This document shows, piece after piece, positions 36,526 through 45,872 of a DNA stretch of 64,000 bases. The DNA is from Candidatus Peribacteria bacterium (GTDB lineage Bacteria > Patescibacteriota > Gracilibacteria > Peribacterales > Peribacteraceae), in assembly GCA_043776335.1 (NCBI GenBank), contig JAYVRL010000006.1, positions 33,011 through 97,010 on the forward strand. Reading direction: 5' to 3'. The notes below the pieces were generated by a model. That model had not been told where the DNA came from and did not search any database. It was given only the letters and a program-made list of their open reading frames with translations. The translations under genes and the position numbers were made by a program. Position 1 is the first letter of the stretch. The number at the start of each line of letters is the position of its first letter.

Positions 36526-37352
36526 AAATGAGAAAAGCAGTCGCAGGCGTCATTCGCAGATTTGTGGCATTTCTGACTGATCTCTCCTACGTGGAATTGG
36601 GGGTGATCTACGGATGTTTCATCATCGGCTTCGGAGTGCTCTACTTCGGCCTGTTCATGTTAAGCCGCGCAAATGCGCCGAACCTCGGCGGAGGGACGAT
36701 GTTGATCCATCTGTTGAACGGCGTGTACTTCAGCATCATCACCGCGGCATCCGTCGGCTACGGAGACATCTCCCCGCACGGACTCTCCAAAATCGTCGCC
36801 AGCTTCGAAAGCCTCTCCTCTCTCTTCGTCTTCGCGATTCTCGTCTCCAAACCGATCTCGGAACGGCAGGAAAAGGCACTCTACCAAATGCACAAACTGA
36901 CGCTCGATGAAATCTTCACCAGCATCCGCGAAGGATTCTTCATCATGCGCAAAGATTTCGACGGTTTGATGGAAGAAGTGCGCACGACGGGCGCGCTCTC
37001 GGAGCACGCCAAAGAAAACTTCGAAACGGCTCTCCATCACGGCGAAGTGCTGCTTCAAGACATCCCCGCGTTCTATGACAACGAGCGTCAGCTCTACAAG
37101 ATCGACATCCGTCGCGAGAAACTCCTTGCGGAAGCGGTGGAACGAACCGTGGAACGTCTCGTGCGCACGCTCGGGTTGCTTGAGGCAGGACACATTACGC
37201 TGACGGTGCGCACGCACAACATTTTGAAGGAACTCGCGCAGGTCGGAGGAACGACGATGAAGCAGTGGAAGCATCACTCCTCGAAAGACATTCACGCGAT
37301 GCTTCAAGGAAGCATGGTGCTCTTCGGGGAGATTGAAGAAAAGCATCTGTAA
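36522..37352 (+). CDS. two-TM potassium channel with cytoplasmic C-terminal domain
   Basis: Selectivity filter TAASVGYGDISP between two TM helices. The start overlaps the upstream stop (ATGA). Confidence 0.8.
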   Translation: MKMRKAVAGVIRRFVAFLTDLSYVELGVIYGCFIIGFGVLYFGLFMLSRANAPNLGGGTMLIHLLNGVYFSIITAASVGYGDISPHGLSKIVASFESLSSLFVFAILVSKPISERQEKALYQMHKLTLDEIFTSIREGFFIMRKDFDGLMEEVRTTGALSEHAKENFETALHHGEVLLQDIPAFYDNERQLYKIDIRREKLLAEAVERTVERLVRTLGLLEAGHITLTVRTHNILKELAQVGGTTMKQWKHHSSKDIHAMLQGSMVLFGEIEEKHL

Positions 37353-37401
37353 TACTAAAAAACGCCCCTTGTGGAGCGTTTCTCAGTTTCAACGTGCGTG
37401 T

Positions 37402-39588
37402 TTAGCGTCTGCGCGGTCCTCCGAAACTCGGACGCGGCGGCGGTGCGATCCAACCTGCCGGCGGAGCGGTCATCTGCTTGAGCGAAAGGCGCGTCTTGCC
37501 TTCGGCGGCGTCGAATTCGACGCACTTCACCTTCAGCTCTTGTCCTACTTTGACGACATCTTCGACCTTCTCCGTGCGCATCCACTGAAGCTCGGAGATG
37601 TGGATCATGCCGTCTTTACCGCGACCGAACTCCGCGATGGCACCGACGCCGTCGATGATGCGGACGATCTTCGCGTCGTAGACTTTGCCGACCTCGGGCT
37701 TCTCGACGATGCCGAGAATCCACTCTTTGGCCTGCATCATCTTCTCGCCGCTGACCGCGGTGACGAAGACCAAGCCGCTGTCCTCGATGTCGATCTCGAC
37801 GCCGAGTTCCTTCGTGATCTTCTGGATCATTTCACCGCCCTTGCCGATGACGAGACGGATGTCCTCGGGGTTGATCTGAATCGTTTCGATGCGCGGAGCG
37901 AACGGACTCATTTCTTTGCGAGGCTCAGGGAGAGCCTGAAGCATCGTCTTGAGAATGAACGCGCGTCCTTCCTTGGAGCGCTCGATGGCTTCTTTGAAAA
38001 CGGAATCGGGAAGTCCTTTGATCTTGATATCCATCTGGATGGCCGTGACTCCCTTCTCAGTGCCGGCGAGTTTGAAGTCCATGTCGCCGCCGAAATCCTC
38101 TTCGTCCTGAAGATCGGAGAGAATGATGTATTTGTTCTTCGGCTCATCGGAAATCAAACCGAGAGCGATGCCGACGACGGGAGCCGTGATCGGCACACCG
38201 GCTGCCATCAGCGCAAGGGTCGATCCGCAGGTCGCGGCCATCGACGAAGATCCGTTGGACTCGAGGATCTCGGTGACGGTGCGCATCGTGTACGGGAATG
38301 ACTCCAAAGGCGGAAGTACGGGCTCCAGCGCGCGCTGCGCGAGGTTGCCGTGACCGATCTCGCGGTTGCCGACGAAGAGACGATTGCTCGTCTCGCCGAC
38401 GGAGAACGGAGGGAAATTGTAGTGATGCATGTATCTGAGTTCCTGTTCGCCTTCCATGCCTTCGACGAGCTGTCTGTCGCCCGGCGAACCGAACGTGCAA
38501 GTGGTGAGACCCTGCGTCTCTCCGCGCTGAAAGAGCGCTGAACCGTGAACGCGATTCGGGAGAATGTCGACCATGCAGCTGATGGGACGGATCTCCGTCA
38601 CCTTGCGGCTGCTCATGCGAAGACCTTCTTCGAGCACGAGGCGACGCATCTCGTTCTTGATGATCTTGTCGACGTAACCCTTGCCCTGCGCGTAGGCGTC
38701 GGCGAGCTCTTTGTTGTCACCGGCTGGACCGAATTTTTCTTCCATCTTCGCGGCAGCGGTGTCCATGAGATCGTTGAAGATCTTGCGGCGCACGAGCTTG
38801 GCGAGAGGATCTTTGATCGCTTTGTTGATCGTCGCGAGCGTCCATTCCGTGAGGAACTTCGACTGCGCGGCGGGCATTTCGTACGGAGCTTCGACGGTGA
38901 ATTTCGGCTTGCCGACTTGCTTCTGCACGTCCGCGAAAAACGCGGCGATCTTCTGCGCCCACTTCTTGCCGAACTCGATGGCCTTGAGGATCTCGGCCTC
39001 CGGCACTTGATTGGCACCCGCCTCGATCATCACGACGCGATCAAGCGAAGCGGTGACGAACATGTTCAGGTCGCTCTTCTTGCGTGCTTCTACGCTCGGG
39101 TTCAAGACGAGTTCTCCGGCGATCAAACCGACGCGGACGGTGCCGAGCGGCCCGTCACACGGACAGTCGGACAGCGCGACCGCGAGGTTGGCCGCGTTGG
39201 CTCCCGCGATGTCGTGCTCATTCTCGAAGTCGTAGCTGAGAACGGTGGAGAAGACCTGAATGTCCTGACGCATGTGTTTCGGGAACATCGGACGCAGTCC
39301 GCGATCGATGACGCGTGCAAGGAGCACGTAATCATCGGACGGCCTGCCTTCGCGTTTGCGGAAGCGAGAACCGCAGATCTTGCCGCCTGCGTAATATTTC
39401 TCTTGGTAGACGACCTGCAGCGGCAGGAAGTCGACGCCTGCGCGAGCCTTGGAACTGATCGTGCAGTTGCCGAGAACGACGGTGGCGCCCATCTGACAGA
39501 GAACGGAGGAATTGGCTTGGGTGGCCAGTTGTCCGGTTTTGACGATCATCGGTGCATCACCGAGCATCAATGTGAATTCTTTCTGCAT
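37402..39588 (-). CDS. pnp: polyribonucleotide nucleotidyltransferase (PNPase)
   Basis: ORF trimmed to ATG 39588 (MQKEFTLMLGD...). Two RNase PH domains, a KH domain (VIGKGGEMIQKI) and an S1 domain (VGKVYDAKIVRIIDGVGAIAEF). Confidence 0.95.
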   Translation of the reverse strand: MQKEFTLMLGDAPMIVKTGQLATQANSSVLCQMGATVVLGNCTISSKARAGVDFLPLQVVYQEKYYAGGKICGSRFRKREGRPSDDYVLLARVIDRGLRPMFPKHMRQDIQVFSTVLSYDFENEHDIAGANAANLAVALSDCPCDGPLGTVRVGLIAGELVLNPSVEARKKSDLNMFVTASLDRVVMIEAGANQVPEAEILKAIEFGKKWAQKIAAFFADVQKQVGKPKFTVEAPYEMPAAQSKFLTEWTLATINKAIKDPLAKLVRRKIFNDLMDTAAAKMEEKFGPAGDNKELADAYAQGKGYVDKIIKNEMRRLVLEEGLRMSSRKVTEIRPISCMVDILPNRVHGSALFQRGETQGLTTCTFGSPGDRQLVEGMEGEQELRYMHHYNFPPFSVGETSNRLFVGNREIGHGNLAQRALEPVLPPLESFPYTMRTVTEILESNGSSSMAATCGSTLALMAAGVPITAPVVGIALGLISDEPKNKYIILSDLQDEEDFGGDMDFKLAGTEKGVTAIQMDIKIKGLPDSVFKEAIERSKEGRAFILKTMLQALPEPRKEMSPFAPRIETIQINPEDIRLVIGKGGEMIQKITKELGVEIDIEDSGLVFVTAVSGEKMMQAKEWILGIVEKPEVGKVYDAKIVRIIDGVGAIAEFGRGKDGMIHISELQWMRTEKVEDVVKVGQELKVKCVEFDAAEGKTRLSLKQMTAPPAGWIAPPPRPSFGGPRRR

Positions 39589-39770
39589 AACTGAAAAAGG
39601 GAAGAAATAGGGTGCTCTCCCCTCCCGAACCAATGGATTCTTGTGTGGGTTGGATCTACACATCAGATCCCGCGCGCAGGAGCTGGTACGTAAATCCAGA
39701 CAAAAACCGAATGGTGTGAGGAAAGAGCTGCCCGTACTGTACCCTTTTTTCGTTCAGAACGCCAGATCGA

Positions 39771-40040
39771 CTATTTCTTGAGGCTGAGGCCCTCAATCGT
39801 CTTCTGGTAGTGCTCCGGCTTGTTCATCTTGAGGTACGTGAGGAGCTTGCGACGACGTGCAACTTTGGCGAGGAGACCGCGACGGGCGGAATTGTCCTTC
39901 TTGTGCTCTTTCAAATGCGAGGTAACTTCATCGATTTCCTTCGTGAGAATGCCGACCTGCACCTGCGGAGAACCTGTGTCTTTCTCGTGAGTGCGGAATT
40001 TGGTGATGATTTTCTTCTTGGTGGCGCGTTTGAGAGACAT
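39771..40040 (-). CDS. rpsO: 30S ribosomal protein S15
   Basis: ORF trimmed to ATG 40040, preceded by AAAAGGAGGA. KFRTHEKDTGSPQVQVGILT...HLKEHKKDNSARRGLL is typical S15. Lies upstream of pnp as in many bacteria. Confidence 0.95.
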   Translation of the reverse strand: MSLKRATKKKIITKFRTHEKDTGSPQVQVGILTKEIDEVTSHLKEHKKDNSARRGLLAKVARRRKLLTYLKMNKPEHYQKTIEGLSLKK

Positions 40041-40210
40041 AAAAGGAGGAGAGGGGGTGGAAGCCGTGTCCGTGGGACACAAGCCAAAGGATGTTCAGGC
40101 CTCCGAGTGGTCGAAACCAGCAACGAAGCGTGACAGCCGAGCCATCCTAAGTGTGCGTGAGAAAATTGTCAACTCTCCCCGCATGCGGAAGCCAAAAAGA
40201 TTGAATAAAG

Positions 40211-40238
40211 TGGACAGTCGTCCACCCTGTGATACGAT
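40211..40238 (+). promoter_or_regulatory. promoter giving a leaderless mRNA (TGGACA-16-TACGAT, 7 nt, ATG 40246)
   Basis: TGGACA at 40211-40216, TACGAT at 40233-40238. Confidence 0.45.
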
Positions 40239-40245
40239 AGCGCGC

Positions 40246-41421
40246 ATGACACCTTTTGAAATCATCCTTCTCGTCGTGATGGCTCTCGGTCTCGGCACCG
40301 TCGTGGTGTTGCAATTGAAGAAAGCACCGCAAGCGATGCAAACCGTGGACTTGAGCAAAGATCTGGCGAGAGTCGAACGCGAATTGGAAGCCGAGAAAAA
40401 AGAGAAACATGAGCTCTCCGGCAAGAACAAGCAGCTCTTCGCGGAGCGCGAACAGCTGAAAGCCGAATTGAATGCGACTGCTAAGGAAAGAGACAATCTA
40501 CGGACGACGGTGACGAAATTCGAAGCGAAGCGCGAACAACAGGAGAAAGACGCCGACGATCGCATTCGGGATTTGAAGGCCTCACAAGAATCTTTGGATA
40601 AGGAGAGAGAGCGCGTGATCCATGAAGACGAAGAACGAACGAAAGAAATGGAAGAAGAGCGCGATCGCGTGTGGAACGATCACGAGAACGCCGTCGTCGC
40701 GCAACTGTCGGACCTTTGCAAGCAACCGCAATTTCAATTCAAGACGTATTCAAACACTCGCTTGCCCGATGACTTCGACGGCAGCCTGAAGCCGGACTTC
40801 CTGCTCGAGTTCCTCGACCAGTACGTCATCTTCGATGCCAAGGCGAGCAAAGCTCAGAGCCTGCAGACCTACATCGACGAGGCCGTGAAGAAGACCGCAG
40901 AGAAGATCCGCAAGAATGCGAAGATTTATCCTCACGTGTTCCTCGTCGTGCCAACGGAAGCGATCGCGGAACTGAAAAAACTTGTGTACGCGAAAGACGA
41001 GTACTACTTCTACATCGTCTCACGCGAAGCGCTCGCACCGATCCTCGCGTCGCTCAAGCGCATCTCGACGTACGAACTCGCGGAATCCCTCGATCCGCAA
41101 AAGCGCGAGAACATCATCAACATGCTCTCGGAGCTCGCGACGCACATCAGCTACCGCAACGCCTACGAACTGCTGCTCACGAAGCACGGCGCCGACACGC
41201 TGGAACGCGTCGCGCGCATCGACGCCGATATTGCGCTCGAAGTGGAACAAAAAAATGCCGAGAAGAAGTTCGTCGCACCCGCTCCGTCCGACGTGAAGCG
41301 CATCGCGAGCGCACTCACCGAACAGAACGCCGAGATCTCCTCGCTCGCCTCTCCAAAAGCCGCCGTGAAGAAGAAACATCTCGACGCCGCAGTCTCCGTG
41401 ATCGCGCAAAAACTTCTGTAA
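40246..41421 (+). CDS. RmuC-like DNA recombination protein (TM, coiled coil, PD-(D/E)xK-like core)
   Basis: In-frame ATG 40246 within ORF 39991..41421. TM IILLVVMALGLGTVVVL, E/K/R-rich coiled coil, then KPDFLLEFLDQYVIFDAKASK...VFLVVPTEA, which resembles the RmuC core. Confidence 0.55.
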   Translation: MTPFEIILLVVMALGLGTVVVLQLKKAPQAMQTVDLSKDLARVERELEAEKKEKHELSGKNKQLFAEREQLKAELNATAKERDNLRTTVTKFEAKREQQEKDADDRIRDLKASQESLDKERERVIHEDEERTKEMEEERDRVWNDHENAVVAQLSDLCKQPQFQFKTYSNTRLPDDFDGSLKPDFLLEFLDQYVIFDAKASKAQSLQTYIDEAVKKTAEKIRKNAKIYPHVFLVVPTEAIAELKKLVYAKDEYYFYIVSREALAPILASLKRISTYELAESLDPQKRENIINMLSELATHISYRNAYELLLTKHGADTLERVARIDADIALEVEQKNAEKKFVAPAPSDVKRIASALTEQNAEISSLASPKAAVKKKHLDAAVSVIAQKLL

Positions 41422-41479
41422 ACAGTTTACCGAAAAAGAAAGCGGAATCGCGAAGTCTCCGTGATACTCTCCTCGCCTC

Positions 41480-43756
41480 ATGAGCACAGACGCAATTTTC
41501 GCGGGCCTCAACGAAGAGCAGTGTGCGGCCGTGAACACGCTAAAGGGTCCTTTGCTGATCCTCGCCGGCGCGGGCTCTGGCAAGACGCGCACGATCACGC
41601 ATCGCATCGCGAACCTCATGGCGCAGGGCGTGCCCGCGTGGCAGATCCTCGCCGTCACGTTCACGAACAAAGCCGCGAACGAGCTGAAAGAAAGAATCAA
41701 ACGAATCCTGCAGCTCACGGACGGGCAGGGCATGGAACCGCAACAACTGCCACTCGCGGGCACATTCCACTCGGTCTGCGTGCGCATTCTGCGTCGCGAC
41801 ATCGAAGCGATCGGCCGCAACAAAACGTTCGTGATCTACGACTCCGATGATCAAGAGAAAGTGATGCAATCGGTGCTGAAAGACATGAACATCGCGCCCG
41901 AAGAATTGAAGCCGCGAACCGCGTTATCGCATGTCAGCAGTTTCAAGAGCGAATCGATCGGCGTCGATGGCGCGCGTCGAGATGCGGCCACGCACACCGC
42001 ACATCGCATGGCCGAGATCTACGCCGGCTACCAGAAAAAAATGCGTGAATCGAACGCGCTCGACTTCGACGATCTGCTCCTCGAAACCGTGCGCCTCTTC
42101 ACGGAGTGCCCGCACGTGCTGGAAAGATATCAAAACACGTGGCGTTTCATTCACGTCGACGAGTATCAGGACACGAACAACGTGCAGTACCAATTCATCA
42201 GCCTGCTCTCGAGACGCGACCGGAACCTCTGCGTCATCGGTGATCCCGATCAGTCGATCTACGCGTTCCGCGGCGCGGATATCCGCAACATCCTCGAATT
42301 TCAAAGCGAGTACAAAGACGCCGTCAGCATCAAACTGGAGCGCAACTACCGCTCGACGCAACAAGTGCTGGACGCCGCCGACGGCGTGATCTCGGCCAAT
42401 CCAGACCGTCCGCAGAAAAAGATGTGGACCGACCGCAAAGACGGCGCGAAGATCAAACTGGAAGAAGTCATGGACGAACGTCGCGAAGCGGAAGAAGCGA
42501 TCCGCGGCGTCTTGAACAGAAAAAAAGAAGGCATGCAGTTGAAAGATCAGGTGATCCTCTATCGCACGAACGCGCAATCACGACAGTTTGAAGAGGCGTG
42601 TCTGCGCGCAGGCATCCCCTACCGCATCCTGGGCGGCATGAAATTTTACGCGCGCAAAGAAGTAAAGGACGTGCTCGCGTATCTCCACGTGATCCAAAAT
42701 CCGAACGACACGATCTCTCTCCTCAGAGTCGTGAACGTCCCGTCACGCAAAATCGGTGACACCACACTCGGCAGGCTGCAAAACTTCTGCAACGAAAGAA
42801 ACATCAGCCTATGGCAGGCGATGCAACACATCGAGATGGTCGACGATCTGAATGACGGCGTGAAGAACCGCATTTCGGGCTTCACCGCGATCATCCGCAG
42901 TTTGCAACAACTGGCGGAGTCGAATGCCGTCAGCGTGATCTCCGAGAGAATCATCGCGGACACGGGGCTCGAGAAATTCGTCCGTGACGGCACCGATGAA
43001 GGTGAGACTCGTTGGGAAAACATCCTCGAACTCGTCTCCGTCACGCGCAAGTACGATCATCTGCCGCCGCAAGAATCTCTCATGAGCTTCCTCGAAGAAG
43101 TCGCGCTGATCTCGGAGGTCGACAAATTGAACGATGCGACGACGGACTCGCTGACACTCATGACACTGCACCTTTGCAAAGGACTCGAATTCAAATCCGT
43201 CACGATCGTCGGCTGCGAAGAAGGCATCCTCCCGCACAGCGCCTCGCAGCTCGACCGAAGCCAACTGGAAGAAGAACGTCGCCTCCTCTACGTCGGCATG
43301 ACGCGCGCCAAAGACCAGCTGACGTTGATGCACGCCCAGAGCCGCATGCTCTGGGGATCGACGCAGAGCAATGCGCCAAGTCGTTTCCTCGAAGACATCC
43401 CGGCAAACGTCATCGAAGTGAAAAGCAGTGACATCGAAAGTCGTTTCGGATGGCTGCAAGCCAGCACGCCCGCTCGACCGAGTCAGGGATACGCAAGAGG
43501 CGGCACAGTGAAACCCTTCATTCAGAAGAATGACTTCAATCAGGACACGAGCTCGGATGACGGCGGCGACTGGCTGGAACATGTGGAAGAGGAAATCACC
43601 GAAGGCATGCGCATCGCTCACAAATCTCTGGGCAACGGCATCGTGATGAGTCGCAGCGGCGACATCCTCGAAGTCCGATTCGACAGCGGCGCGACGAAAC
43701 GATTGGCACTCGGCATCGCGCCGATCAGAATCCTGTCGCAAGCGATGAGTGAGTAA
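41480..43756 (+). CDS. pcrA: ATP-dependent DNA helicase PcrA/UvrD (SF1)
   Basis: 758 aa. LNEEQCAAV...LAGAGSGKT (motif I), HVDEYQDTN (motif II), YRSTQQVLD, LTLMTLHLCKGLEF, LLYVGMTRAK. Confidence 0.9.
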   Translation: MSTDAIFAGLNEEQCAAVNTLKGPLLILAGAGSGKTRTITHRIANLMAQGVPAWQILAVTFTNKAANELKERIKRILQLTDGQGMEPQQLPLAGTFHSVCVRILRRDIEAIGRNKTFVIYDSDDQEKVMQSVLKDMNIAPEELKPRTALSHVSSFKSESIGVDGARRDAATHTAHRMAEIYAGYQKKMRESNALDFDDLLLETVRLFTECPHVLERYQNTWRFIHVDEYQDTNNVQYQFISLLSRRDRNLCVIGDPDQSIYAFRGADIRNILEFQSEYKDAVSIKLERNYRSTQQVLDAADGVISANPDRPQKKMWTDRKDGAKIKLEEVMDERREAEEAIRGVLNRKKEGMQLKDQVILYRTNAQSRQFEEACLRAGIPYRILGGMKFYARKEVKDVLAYLHVIQNPNDTISLLRVVNVPSRKIGDTTLGRLQNFCNERNISLWQAMQHIEMVDDLNDGVKNRISGFTAIIRSLQQLAESNAVSVISERIIADTGLEKFVRDGTDEGETRWENILELVSVTRKYDHLPPQESLMSFLEEVALISEVDKLNDATTDSLTLMTLHLCKGLEFKSVTIVGCEEGILPHSASQLDRSQLEEERRLLYVGMTRAKDQLTLMHAQSRMLWGSTQSNAPSRFLEDIPANVIEVKSSDIESRFGWLQASTPARPSQGYARGGTVKPFIQKNDFNQDTSSDDGGDWLEHVEEEITEGMRIAHKSLGNGIVMSRSGDILEVRFDSGATKRLALGIAPIRILSQAMSE

Positions 43757-43805
43757 AAAATAGCGGTGAGCTCTATTCGCTCCCCGCTGCCTGCTCGCAC
43801 ATCCG

Positions 43806-45023
43806 CTAATATTTGTAGTATGTGCCGCCTGCGACCGGGCCGCCGGAATTCGGCAACGAAATCCAATGAAACGTGTTCGTTCCGTCGCTCCACGAGACGG
43901 CGCCTGCGGAGACGGACGTGCCCTGCTGATTGAGCGTGAGCTGAAAACCCGCATGCAGGGGATCGACGGCCGTGACATCACCGTAGACGGTGAGCGTACG
44001 CGGATCATCAGTCAGCGAACCGTACAGATCGGGAATGAGCGTGCATGTGACCTGGGAGGCGTTCACCGTGCACTGAAATCTGTCCGTCATGCCGTTCGAT
44101 CCGAGAGAAGCGTTCGTGATCCCGACGCCGCCGTTCTGACTGATATCGAAGATCAAATCAATCAAATCAATGTGAGCGCTGCTGTCCGTTTTGCGACCGC
44201 CGAACGTGAACGAACCGAGCGTTCGGTTGGCACCGAGAACGAGCGGAGCGTTCGCGGAGCCCGCATTTTTCACAGATGTGACGGTCGATCTCGCAGTCGT
44301 GAAAAGAGGGTACGAAATCGCATCGGTCGTCTGCTGTACGTATTGATGATTGCTCCATACACCGTTGCCTTTCACCACGATGCTCGAGATCTGGACGTTT
44401 TCATTGCCAAGACCGCCGGCATCTCTGGACTCGAGATCCGCTCGAACGTAGATCGTGCGTTCCTGCGCTTTCTCAAGGGTGAAAACATTCGAAGCAAGCT
44501 GCAATGCGTAAGAACGATTGGTGGAAGCCGAAGGATCGAGGGGAGCGCGACCGAGCAGATGTCTTTGATCGTCATACACGAGCAGTGACCTCACGGCGGG
44601 AACTTCCGTCGTGATGTTGATGATGATGCTCGTGAGCGCAAGCGGCTCCTCATACAGGAAAATCTTGCCTGCGCCGAGGATCGGACTCGTCTCTCCCAGA
44701 AGAAGAAACTGCGATCGGATCGTCGTGTCGGCATTCACATCGAGCGGCAAGGAAGCGGAAGAAGACACGGAAGAAGTAACCGATGAAACCGAAGAACTGA
44801 CGCTGCTTGAGGAGCCGACGGAAGCCTTCGGCTGACAAAGAGGCGTGCGATGCGCCTTCAGAAGTCTGAGCGCCCTGCGCTCCGCGCCGCGCGTGACGCA
44901 GAAACGAACCGAGCTCGCGCTCGAAGAAAATGCGACCGTTCCGGAGAGCGGAAGATCGCCGTGTGCGAGGACTGTTTGGGACGTAAGGACGGCTCCGATC
45001 AGGATGAAAGGCAGAGTTCTCAT
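43806..45023 (-). CDS. secreted hypothetical protein
   Basis: ORF trimmed to ATG 45023 (MRTLPFILIGAVLTSQTVLAHG signal). Serine-rich linker, then a beta-rich body. Confidence 0.6.
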   Translation of the reverse strand: MRTLPFILIGAVLTSQTVLAHGDLPLSGTVAFSSSASSVRFCVTRGAERRALRLLKAHRTPLCQPKASVGSSSSVSSSVSSVTSSVSSSASLPLDVNADTTIRSQFLLLGETSPILGAGKIFLYEEPLALTSIIINITTEVPAVRSLLVYDDQRHLLGRAPLDPSASTNRSYALQLASNVFTLEKAQERTIYVRADLESRDAGGLGNENVQISSIVVKGNGVWSNHQYVQQTTDAISYPLFTTARSTVTSVKNAGSANAPLVLGANRTLGSFTFGGRKTDSSAHIDLIDLIFDISQNGGVGITNASLGSNGMTDRFQCTVNASQVTCTLIPDLYGSLTDDPRTLTVYGDVTAVDPLHAGFQLTLNQQGTSVSAGAVSWSDGTNTFHWISLPNSGGPVAGGTYYKY

Positions 45024-45038
45024 AGGAGAGTGGAAGGA

Positions 45039-45872
45039 ATGGGGCATACTGTCGACATGTTAGACGAAGAAGTCCGCACATTGTTACGCCAATCCGGCAT
45101 GCGGCTGGACACCGACGCGGGGCAGCATTTTTTGATCGACGAAGAAACGCTCGAGGACATCGTCGCCGTCTCCGATCTGAAATCGAGCGATCATATCATC
45201 GAGGTCGGGCCCGGCATCGGCATCCTGACGCGCGAGCTCACGAAACGCGTAAGGAAAGTGACGGCCATCGAGATCGATGAACGTTTCGTCGGCATCTTGA
45301 AATTGTTCGCGGTCGGTCATGGAGAACTGGAAGTGATTCTGGGGAATGCGCTTCACACCCCGATGCCGACGGAGCCGTACAAAGTCGTCGCCAATATCCC
45401 CTACCACATCACTTCTCCGCTGCTCACGCATTTGTTGCTCGAGTCTCCGCGTCGTCCGACGTCGATGACGCTGCTGATCCAACGGGAGGTCGCCGAAAAC
45501 ATCTGTTCGAAAGAAAGCGTGAGCATGCTGACGATCCTGACGCGCCTCTTCGGCATGCCGTCACTTATCCGACTGGTCGCGAAAGAAGCCTTCCTGCCAC
45601 CGCCGCAAGTGGACTCGGCGGTGCTGCACATCGAATGCTTCCCCGAACCGAAAACGGATCTGCCCGCAATCGAACGAATCTTGAAGCTCGCCAAACTCTG
45701 CTTCACGCAAAAACGAAAAATGTTGAGCAACACGATGGGGCAGATGCCGGGCGGCACCGAAGCGATGACAACGACGACGATCGACCCGAAACGACGACCG
45801 CAGACGCTCACGATCGACGAATGGATCGCGCTCGACAAAGCCCTCGAAGCAATCCGCATGAAATCCCGATGA
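45039..45872 (+). CDS. rsmA: 16S rRNA (adenine1518/1519-N6)-dimethyltransferase RsmA/KsgA
   Basis: In-frame ATG 45039 with AGGAGAG 9 nt upstream. GQHFLIDEE, IIEVGPGIGILT (SAM motif), VVANIPYHITSPLL. Confidence 0.85.
   Translation: MGHTVDMLDEEVRTLLRQSGMRLDTDAGQHFLIDEETLEDIVAVSDLKSSDHIIEVGPGIGILTRELTKRVRKVTAIEIDERFVGILKLFAVGHGELEVILGNALHTPMPTEPYKVVANIPYHITSPLLTHLLLESPRRPTSMTLLIQREVAENICSKESVSMLTILTRLFGMPSLIRLVAKEAFLPPPQVDSAVLHIECFPEPKTDLPAIERILKLAKLCFTQKRKMLSNTMGQMPGGTEAMTTTTIDPKRRPQTLTIDEWIALDKALEAIRMKSR

Noticed and set aside
38545-39594. 349-aa plus-strand ORF (with further overlapping ORFs 37333..38301 and others)
   Set aside because: It is antisense to pnp.
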